Assembly: GCA_029941685.1 (NCBI GenBank)
Contig: JAPYTC010000004.1
Location: forward strand, 1-44,389
DNA: 44,389 bases
Source of the DNA: Planctomycetota bacterium
GTDB taxonomy: Bacteria; Planctomycetota; UBA1135
Direction: 5' to 3'
Positions 28,908 to 36,100 of this stretch are shown piece by piece (within the stretch, counting starts at the first letter, position 1; every line of letters begins with the position of its first letter). A model generated the notes under the pieces. That model saw only the letters and a list, made by a program, of their open reading frames with translations. It had not been told where the DNA came from and searched no databases. Made by a program: the position numbers and the translations under genes.

Positions 28908-30929
28908 CATTGCGCGCACTTGCTGTTCATTAAGGACTGCAACACCTAACTCTTGCGCCTTGGTTAATTTGCTGCCGGCTTTATCCCCAGCAACTAGATA
29001 ATCGGTTTTCTTCGACACCGTGCTAGTCACCTTGCCGCCAGCCGCCTCAATGATGGCCTTCATTTCTGGACGCGAGCAAGACAGCGACCCCGTCAACACA
29101 AAAACTTTCGACGCGACGCCATCTACATGGTCATCTTCGCTGAGCACTACACTTTGCGGACGCAATCCGTATCCGATCATTGCATTAAGTGCTGCTTGGT
29201 TCTTACTTGAACTAACAAATTGCAGTAATGAACCGGCAACCTCTTTGCCTACACCCTCGATTTCACTTAATCGCTCAACGGCTTGTTCGTATTCGTTGTC
29301 GGCCAAACTAAGTAATGCACCGATGCTATTAAACTTCGCACAAACCACACGCGAAGTTTCTGGCCCTACATCAGGAATACCCAAGCTAGATATAAACTTA
29401 TCTAGCTTGGGCTGCAAGGCTGCTTCAATACCATCGCGCATTGCAGCAACAGATTTTTCACCCCAACCGTCTAAGCTAGCGATGGCCTCGTAATCTAAAT
29501 TAAACAATTGTTCGACACTATTAAGCAACCCCTCGGCATGCAATTGCACTACTGCTTTATCGCCAATACCGTCGATATTAAGCGCCACGCGCGACACCAT
29601 ATATTGAACACGACGAATTAACTGCGCTGGGCAATCGATATTCACACAAAAACAGTGCTCGCCATTAGCCTTAGCAGCGCCACCACATTCGGGACACTCG
29701 CTAGGAAAAACGAACTCGCGCTCGCTGCCATCGCGCACACCTAAAACAGGGCCAACAATCTGCGGGATAACATCGCCGGCACGCCGCACAAGTACTTGAT
29801 CCCCTAGTTTGATGTCTAGATCAGAAATATACGCTGCATGATGCAAGGTTGCATGCTGTACTATCACACCGCCAATATTTACTGGATCGAGAACTGCGCG
29901 TGGAGTTAATCGTCCAGTGCGTCCGACTTGGATAAGAATATCAAGCAACTTAGTAGTTTCTTCACGCGGCGCAAATTTATGCGCACACACCCAGCGCGGT
30001 GTTCGAGCGCGCGAACCTAATAAATCACGCAACACCTGTGAATCAACTTTATAAACCACGCCGTCCATTTCGTATTCAATTTCGTCGCGCCGACTTTCGA
30101 TATCGTCGTGAAACTTAATCATGCCAACAGCGTCAGAAACTAGTCCCGAGTATTTAGAGACTGCAAAGCCCCATTTTTTAGCACCCTGCATTGCATCAGC
30201 ATGAGTGGCGAACATGTCTTGCCCAACAACACGCACAACTTCATAACACATAAAACGCAGCGGCCTTGATGCCACCACCGCCGGGTCGAGACGCTTAAGG
30301 GTGCCTGCAGTAGCATTACGGGGGTTAGCAAAGACTTGCTCGCCGTTAGTCCGCAACTCGTCATTCATCGCATTGAAGCCTGCAATAGGCATCATCACTT
30401 CACCGCGCACTTCTAGCACCTCAGGTAAATCTTCGCCGAACAACCGCAATGGCACACCACCAACGGCGCGTAAATTACTTGTTAAATCTTCGCCGAATTG
30501 ACCATCACCACGCGATACACCACGGACCAGCAAACCATTTTCATAAATTAAGCTGGCGGAAACGCCATCCCATTTTGGCTCGCATAGAAAAGTAGGCAGG
30601 GTTTCTGTTTCGGAAACTAACCCTTTCAGCACGCGAGCCTCAAAATCAACAATCGCAGCATCGCTGGACAATGACTCGATAGAAATCATTGGCACCACGT
30701 GTTCGACTTTTTCAAAATCAGACCCCGTAGCTAGCGGTGCACCCACCCGCTGACTGGGACTCGACGAATCACACCACTGAGGATGCAACTTTTCAATTTC
30801 AATTAAGCGCTGAAATTTACGATCGTACTCGGCATCACTGATCAATGGCTGCGCATCAACGTAATAAGCATGATTATGCTGATGCAACTCAGCGCACAAC
30901 AAATCGTATTCGCCGCGCAAATCAGTCAT
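28899..30929 (-). CDS. ligA: NAD-dependent DNA ligase
   Basis: EPKWDG (KxDG), FANPRN, QVGRTG, RAGDVIP, Zn finger and BRCT domain. Confidence 0.98.
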   Translation of the reverse strand: MTDLRGEYDLLCAELHQHNHAYYVDAQPLISDAEYDRKFQRLIEIEKLHPQWCDSSSPSQRVGAPLATGSDFEKVEHVVPMISIESLSSDAAIVDFEARVLKGLVSETETLPTFLCEPKWDGVSASLIYENGLLVRGVSRGDGQFGEDLTSNLRAVGGVPLRLFGEDLPEVLEVRGEVMMPIAGFNAMNDELRTNGEQVFANPRNATAGTLKRLDPAVVASRPLRFMCYEVVRVVGQDMFATHADAMQGAKKWGFAVSKYSGLVSDAVGMIKFHDDIESRRDEIEYEMDGVVYKVDSQVLRDLLGSRARTPRWVCAHKFAPREETTKLLDILIQVGRTGRLTPRAVLDPVNIGGVIVQHATLHHAAYISDLDIKLGDQVLVRRAGDVIPQIVGPVLGVRDGSEREFVFPSECPECGGAAKANGEHCFCVNIDCPAQLIRRVQYMVSRVALNIDGIGDKAVVQLHAEGLLNSVEQLFNLDYEAIASLDGWGEKSVAAMRDGIEAALQPKLDKFISSLGIPDVGPETSRVVCAKFNSIGALLSLADNEYEQAVERLSEIEGVGKEVAGSLLQFVSSSKNQAALNAMIGYGLRPQSVVLSEDDHVDGVASKVFVLTGSLSCSRPEMKAIIEAAGGKVTSTVSKKTDYLVAGDKAGSKLTKAQELGVAVLNEQQVRAMLA

Positions 30930-31294
30930 TAAGTCAACAACTCACTAAGGGTGACAATTTTGCGGTCGCCAGCGCCTGATGACAAAATAAATGTAACTTC
31001 GCCAGTTGCACATTCGGCAACTTGCGCCAAAGCAACCTTAGACGGCACCGGCCAGCCATCGACTGGTGAATACATGCCAATACGTAATGGACGGTAAGAT
31101 CCATGCACTCGTCCGGCCGACAAAGCATTTGACACTGAATTTTGGTCGAGCGCAATGTCGTCATACTCGAGGCGACATCCCATCGCAACATGTCCGTCAT
31201 CAAACAAAATAGTGCAGCCCTCGATAGGATTGCGTTGTACTCTAGATGTTGCTGCAGCTTGCTCAGCAACGGCGGTTAAATTGCGGTCGTCCAT
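30929..31294 (-). CDS. Cytidine deaminase-fold protein lacking the catalytic/Zn residues
   Basis: End-to-end similarity to tetrameric Cdd (DG...GC..E...TLSELL), but CAE is replaced by NSV and PCGAC by PSKVA. Confidence 0.65.
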   Translation of the reverse strand: MDDRNLTAVAEQAAATSRVQRNPIEGCTILFDDGHVAMGCRLEYDDIALDQNSVSNALSAGRVHGSYRPLRIGMYSPVDGWPVPSKVALAQVAECATGEVTFILSSGAGDRKIVTLSELLT

Positions 31295-31303
31295 TGTCCT
31301 ATT

Positions 31304-31744
31304 CTAACGCACTACCTGCATAATCAAATCGCCTTTGCGCGTCGATAACCAAATAGCGTTTTTGTTTTTCAGTTCAATGACCACGCCTGGACCTTTGCCG
31401 GTGAAGTAAACCGTTACCCCGGGTGACTTTTTATAGCCCCAGCCTCGCTTGCCTATCGCCCACGGGTAAGTCATGTGCTCGTGAATCGCCATTATTGACT
31501 TGAACGGCACATACTGCTTAGGAAAAGGTGCCATTTGTAGCACTATTTCATCGTCGCCCATCCAAACCTTCATGCTCGACTGCCACATGAACCAAAGAAA
31601 CAATAACGGCAGCAACAGCAGTAAAATTAGTGCGCTCAATGGCACATCAACCACCAACAAAATAATTATCGGGATCATCACAATGATGGCCCCGACAACT
31701 TTTATCACCGTTGTAGACGGTTTACGTTGTTCTAGCAACTGCAT
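31304..31744 (-). CDS. Small membrane protein (2 TM helices plus a PH-like beta domain)
   Basis: Two hydrophobic helices; GWG motif; GVVIELK..IWLSTR. Confidence 0.75.
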   Translation of the reverse strand: MQLLEQRKPSTTVIKVVGAIIVMIPIIILLVVDVPLSALILLLLLPLLFLWFMWQSSMKVWMGDDEIVLQMAPFPKQYVPFKSIMAIHEHMTYPWAIGKRGWGYKKSPGVTVYFTGKGPGVVIELKNKNAIWLSTRKGDLIMQVVR

Positions 31745-31753
31745 CTAGCATAA

Positions 31754-32152
31754 TTATACCTCAACAGCAGCGTAACCGGTAAATGGTACGCGGTTTTGCA
31801 GACGGCGTACGCCAGTGATTGGATCTTCGCGCTCTTCTGGGCGCACTTCGACGATGGCTTCGATATCTGACAGCTCGTCAGGCGAAATTTGCAATTCGCC
31901 ATCTGCAGCAATACCAAGAACCTGTAGCACAAACTTTACGCGCGGCAACCCCCGCTCAGACCAGTGAAGGCTGTCCCAGCAGGCGGTACGCCCCTGAAAC
32001 TCGCCTTTTGTAACTTCCCAGCGGATACCCCAACGTGTGTGACCTGCTGGAGATAGACTTTCGCGTACTTCAGCCACTTTGCAGTGGTAGTCGCCCGGAG
32101 GCACAGAACGCATGTCTTCGATGTTTTCAATTGTAGAGAGATTTATCTTCAT
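31754..32152 (-). CDS. DUF669 family protein (similar to phage ssDNA-binding proteins)
   Basis: From ATG 32152: VPPGDYHCKV.EV....S..G...W...GEFQGR..WD.L...N.V pattern. The track's longer start (32398) overlaps the divergent gene. Confidence 0.75.
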   Translation of the reverse strand: MKINLSTIENIEDMRSVPPGDYHCKVAEVRESLSPAGHTRWGIRWEVTKGEFQGRTACWDSLHWSERGLPRVKFVLQVLGIAADGELQISPDELSDIEAIVEVRPEEREDPITGVRRLQNRVPFTGYAAVEV

Positions 32153-32207
32153 GTTACCCTGTAGACGGACAGTGTATATCATCGACACTTCTTTTATACT
32201 GCACCCC

Positions 32208-34292
32208 ATGATGAACCGCTTCGTCCTTAGTCTCACACGATCTGTTTGCCTTAAGCAAATAACCCTACTATTGTTTTTTGCAATTTCTTCGGTGTCTATT
32301 TCGGCACAGCAAGAAGTTACCCACAATAAAATTGATACCAAAGGCCCATTCGAGTATTTACTAGAGCCTGAAGTTGGCCCAGGAACATTCGATTTCATCG
32401 ACGAAGGCGCCGGAACTGTAGTGGGTGTCCTTGGCGCAGTAATGTTTTACGACCTCGGTGCTGATTACTACGATTTCGAAAAAAGTATCTCATCATCAGG
32501 CACAACAGCGGCCGAACTCGCTGCGATAGTTGACCGCATCAATAAGCTAAATGGCAAGGATGCCACAAGCGTTGATTACGACTTAATGTGGCCACTGATT
32601 GAAGAGCTACGCAACACGGCACAAGCTAGTTTTGCTGCATCAAAGGATACTATCCATGAACTGCTTCAAGAATGCGCAGCAGAGGCAGACTTCACTCTAG
32701 AAGAAGCGGTCGAACTAACTCTAACCATACCCACTGGGTTTGCGATTGGCAGCATCAACCTTGACTCAGACGAGTTAAAGAGCAAAACGACAAACGATCT
32801 GCAAAACATTTTTGCCAAAGCCGTAAACGAAATCGTTGAAGGGGAAAAGCTCAAGCTCAGCATAAAGTTTTCGGACGACGCGGATACCGCCACGCTTAAG
32901 GTAACCAGACACGGTGTACCCATTGTGGTGTTATGGTTAGTGCTCGGCGCCATCTTCTTCACCTTCCGCATGGGTTTCATTAACCTGCGTGGCCTAGGGC
33001 ACTCAATAAAAGTTGTAAGCGGCCGCTTTACCAACCCTAACTCACACGGCATTGGCGAAGTCACCCACTTCCAAGCACTAGCATCAGCGTTATCGGCAAC
33101 GGTAGGACTCGGTAACATCGCTGGCGTTGCAATTGCGGTTTCAATGGGCGGGCCCGGTGCAATCTTTTGGATGGTGGTGGCCGGATTCCTCGGCATGTCG
33201 TCCAAATTCGTTGAATGTACTTTGGGTCAAAAATACCGCGAAGTACGGCCAAACGGTGAAGTGATGGGTGGTGCGATGTTCTACCTATCCAAAGGCCTCA
33301 AAGAAATGAAGATGCCTATCTTGGGCAAAGTCCTAGCAGTCATGTTCGCGGTGCTTTGTATCGGTGGTTCTTTCGGCGGCGGCAATACCTTTCAGGTAAA
33401 TCAATCGCTAAATGCGATCCAAGAGACCGTGCCTTTCTTCGGCGAGCATCGCTGGGTTTACGGCTTAATCATGACTATCGTGGTAGGTGTGGTCATCATC
33501 GGCGGCATCAAACGTATCGCTTCGACCGCTGAAAAAATCGTGCCGGCCATGTGCGGAGTCTACGTTGCTGCGTGTTTAGCCGTGTTGTTCAACAATTTTG
33601 ATCAGATTCTGCCGGCATTCAGCACCATCTGGGATAGCGCCATTAACCCCGACGCCGCTTACGGTGGATTTATCGGCGTACTCGTCATGGGGTTCAAACG
33701 AGCGGCTTTCTCTAACGAAGCTGGCGTTGGTTCGGCCGCCATCGCGCACTCGGCAGCGAAAACGGATTACCCGGTTCGTGAAGGTATCGTGGCTTTGCTC
33801 GAACCATTCATTGACACGATTATTGTTTGTACGATGACCGGTTTGGTAATAGTCATTACTGGCGCTTACGACGCAACCACTATGGTTGACGGCGTCGCCG
33901 TTTATGCACCATACCTAACAGACGCAAACGGTGCCGGCTTAACCTCGCAAGCATTTGCTAGCCAATTCAGTTGGTTCCCAATGATTCTCGGTGTCGCCGT
34001 TGCTCTCTTCGCCTTCTCAACCATGATCTCATGGTCATACTACGGCGAACGGTGCTGGGCTTACCTCTTCGGTGACAACGCCTCGATGTCTTACAAGATT
34101 ACTTTCTTGACCTTCACGTTTTTAGGTTCGGTAATTACATCAAAAAATGTTTTGGACTTCGGCGACTTAATGATTCTCGGCATGGCTTTCCCCAACGTGT
34201 TAGGTGTCGTGTTGTTGTCCGGAAAAGTTAAACGCGATCTAAATACTTACTGGAAGCTCTTGAAATCAGGTGCCTTTAAAGAGTACAAATAA
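32208..34292 (+). CDS. Alanine/glycine:cation symporter (AGCS) with a signal-like N-terminus and a large loop insertion
   Basis: FQALASALSATVGLGNIAGVA, GGPGAIFWM, FSNEAGVGSA, EPFIDTIIVCTMT and FSTMISWSYYG motifs. Confidence 0.93.
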   Translation: MMNRFVLSLTRSVCLKQITLLLFFAISSVSISAQQEVTHNKIDTKGPFEYLLEPEVGPGTFDFIDEGAGTVVGVLGAVMFYDLGADYYDFEKSISSSGTTAAELAAIVDRINKLNGKDATSVDYDLMWPLIEELRNTAQASFAASKDTIHELLQECAAEADFTLEEAVELTLTIPTGFAIGSINLDSDELKSKTTNDLQNIFAKAVNEIVEGEKLKLSIKFSDDADTATLKVTRHGVPIVVLWLVLGAIFFTFRMGFINLRGLGHSIKVVSGRFTNPNSHGIGEVTHFQALASALSATVGLGNIAGVAIAVSMGGPGAIFWMVVAGFLGMSSKFVECTLGQKYREVRPNGEVMGGAMFYLSKGLKEMKMPILGKVLAVMFAVLCIGGSFGGGNTFQVNQSLNAIQETVPFFGEHRWVYGLIMTIVVGVVIIGGIKRIASTAEKIVPAMCGVYVAACLAVLFNNFDQILPAFSTIWDSAINPDAAYGGFIGVLVMGFKRAAFSNEAGVGSAAIAHSAAKTDYPVREGIVALLEPFIDTIIVCTMTGLVIVITGAYDATTMVDGVAVYAPYLTDANGAGLTSQAFASQFSWFPMILGVAVALFAFSTMISWSYYGERCWAYLFGDNASMSYKITFLTFTFLGSVITSKNVLDFGDLMILGMAFPNVLGVVLLSGKVKRDLNTYWKLLKSGAFKEYK

Positions 34293-34295
34293 GGG

Positions 34296-34484
34296 GTGGC
34301 CCGCGCAGGCCCCCCCTTACTCTTGATTACCCTACTGTCCAGCGGCTCAACTGAAACCACCCGTGAACTCATCGAGCTCAACTCGCTCGGTGTTACGGTG
34401 GCACTTCTAGTGTGGCTAACGCTGTTCGCAGTCAACGGTTACTGCTTCTACCGAATCTGCTGTAAACCTAGACTAGAAATCTAG
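34296..34484 (+). CDS. Putative small single-TM protein downstream of the transporter
   Basis: Fills the gap after the AGCS gene; one TM helix followed by CFYRI and a basic tail. Start uncertain. Confidence 0.5.
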   Translation: MARAGPPLLLITLLSSGSTETTRELIELNSLGVTVALLVWLTLFAVNGYCFYRICCKPRLEI

Positions 34485-34555
34485 TTACAAAGTCGTTTTT
34501 TTCACTAAAGAAGCTGTGGATGGCGTCCGTAAATGGTGTAGCTCAATACTACACC

Positions 34556-34909
34556 ATGAACCAAGACCCATCTTTTGACCATCTGCGCATCCGCTCCTTA
34601 ACCGAGTTGTTCGGCAACTCCGAATCGGTGCGAGACTTATACATTGAATTTTTAGACTCATGCCCCGAACGTGTGGCTGTAATCAAACAAGGAATTCTCG
34701 AGCACCGCGCTGACTTAATCGAGTTTGCAGCTCACGCTATTCACGGCACGAGCGCCAACATCGGTGTCGCTAACATTGAAGCAACGTCTTCGGTAATCGA
34801 GGACATGGCTCACAATAACCAATTTGAGCTAGTCGACGCTTGCGTAGGTGAACTCGAAGATCAAATCGCTGGACTGCGCCAACATATCGATATGCGCCGC
34901 GCGATTTAG
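34556..34909 (+). CDS. Stand-alone Hpt (histidine phosphotransfer) domain protein
   Basis: All-helical; AAHAIHGTSANIG matches the Hpt H-x-x-(K)-G-x-S pattern. Alternative start at 34520. Confidence 0.88.
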   Translation: MNQDPSFDHLRIRSLTELFGNSESVRDLYIEFLDSCPERVAVIKQGILEHRADLIEFAAHAIHGTSANIGVANIEATSSVIEDMAHNNQFELVDACVGELEDQIAGLRQHIDMRRAI

Positions 34910-34911
34910 AG

Positions 34912-35622
34912 CTAAGCCGTCGCGCCGTTTGGTGAATCGAGCGTCCAGCTGCAGAGCTTGAAAAAATCTGCGAGACTGAGCAGCTCTTGCTTGACAGTAG
35001 ATGCAAAATCTTCACCAAGCCCTATGACATCTGTCGATTGCATGCGGTGCACAATTTCGACTGCATTCTCGCCGGGGTTAACCGTACCGGCAATATCGCG
35101 CCAATCGCGGTTGCTCATGTCTGATAATGAACGCGCACCTCCATTATTAAGTTCGAAATTAAAATTGCTTGATGCTTTCTGAGCAGCGGCAACAATCTCA
35201 TCACGTGAATAGTCCTCTTCGGCACGCTTAATTAGCACATTCAGGTCATACCAAGCCGTTTCATCAATACGGACTCCCCACCAACATTGCTTATCGTCGA
35301 TGCAAATTTGCATATGCACATTGTTACGCGCTGAATTTAAATCTTTCCCCAACTCTTTGCCCAAAAATGACTGAAGCTTCTTACGGGATTTTTTGTCGCG
35401 AAATATCATGGTGCGCTGGCGACGCACACGCTTACGGTTAGTGTGGTGCGGATGATGCAGAGACTCGCGGCGGTCCAAGGCTATGCCAACTTCGGCAAAC
35501 TGCTCACACACCTCGTTACCTAAAGCCTGCAAGCGGCGGCGCACCTCTAAACGGCGGCCGTTCCATTGGTCGTCGCCCTGAAAGCGAGAACTAAACAATT
35601 CAAAGTCGGATTCGAAAAACAT
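34912..35622 (-). CDS. Hypothetical protein (possibly DUF1054-like)
   Basis: Long ORF. ATG 35622 (MFFESDFELF) preferred because the track's start at 35658 lies inside a terminator hairpin. Confidence 0.75.
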   Translation of the reverse strand: MFFESDFELFSSRFQGDDQWNGRRLEVRRRLQALGNEVCEQFAEVGIALDRRESLHHPHHTNRKRVRRQRTMIFRDKKSRKKLQSFLGKELGKDLNSARNNVHMQICIDDKQCWWGVRIDETAWYDLNVLIKRAEEDYSRDEIVAAAQKASSNFNFELNNGGARSLSDMSNRDWRDIAGTVNPGENAVEIVHRMQSTDVIGLGEDFASTVKQELLSLADFFKLCSWTLDSPNGATA

Positions 35623-35634
35623 GGGACATATCAT

Positions 35635-35668
35635 AAAAAATGCGGCCCTAGTTTTCACTAAGACCGCA
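35635..35668 (-). terminator. Rho-independent terminator
   Basis: Minus strand TGCGGTCTTAGT-GAAA-ACTAGGGCCGCA-TTTTTT: 12-bp stem with 2 GU pairs, GNRA loop and U6 tail. Confidence 0.85.
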
Positions 35669-35705
35669 ACTCCATCCCCTCAGATGGCACCTTTCGGTGT
35701 TCGCC
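35635..35705 (-). ncRNA. Candidate ~70-nt structured RNA or leader
   Basis: TACTAT -10-like box at 35716-35711, then three tandem hairpins ending in the terminator. Confidence 0.4.
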
Positions 35706-35803
35706 AAATGATAGTATCTCTGTAACACAACTCAAATAACATTCGGCTGTTTATTATTTATTTAGAAAATAGATACGCAAAAGCTACTTCCTATTGAGCG
35801 CGA

Positions 35804-36076
35804 CTATTCTAGGCCTTGCTTATTTTCTACGGCTACTTCGTGCTCGCGGTCGCCCTGAGAACCGGCGCGACGGGATTCTAAGTTACGCAACATCGCAATT
35901 TTTCCGTAAACAATGATCTCGTCGCCATCAGCGCTAATCGCCGTACCCTTCGTCACCGAGACGTAAATCCATTAGCGAGCGATTGAGCATCCAGTCGAGT
36001 GAAGCGCCACTGTGCTAATACGCACAATGAATAACGACAGAGACAATACCATCAGGACGGCGATGAGGGACATCAT
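35804..36076 (-). pseudogene. Fragmented relic of a TrkA-C (RCK-C) domain membrane protein
   Basis: Three collinear fragments: MMSLIAVLMVLSLSLFIVRISTVALHSTG / DWMLNRSLMDLRLGDEG (shifted frame) / TAISADGDEIIVYG...RRAGSQGDREHEVAVE. Family assignment is from recalled sequence similarity, not a search. Confidence 0.65.
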
Positions 36077-36100
36077 GTTAGGTATGGTAAACTCCCCGCG

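Noticed and set aside
31754-32398. Prophage remnant around DUF669, and the 214-aa long version of that ORF
   Set aside because: No other phage genes, att sites or integrase were seen. The N-terminal extension overlaps the divergent transporter gene, so the start was moved to 32152.
35669-35705. Fluoride or c-di-GMP-I riboswitch (GGGGATGGAGT; GGCGAA...GAAA)
   Set aside because: The complementary CCCC strand, the pseudoknot partner and the c-di-GMP P3 elements are missing. Kept only as an unclassified RNA candidate.
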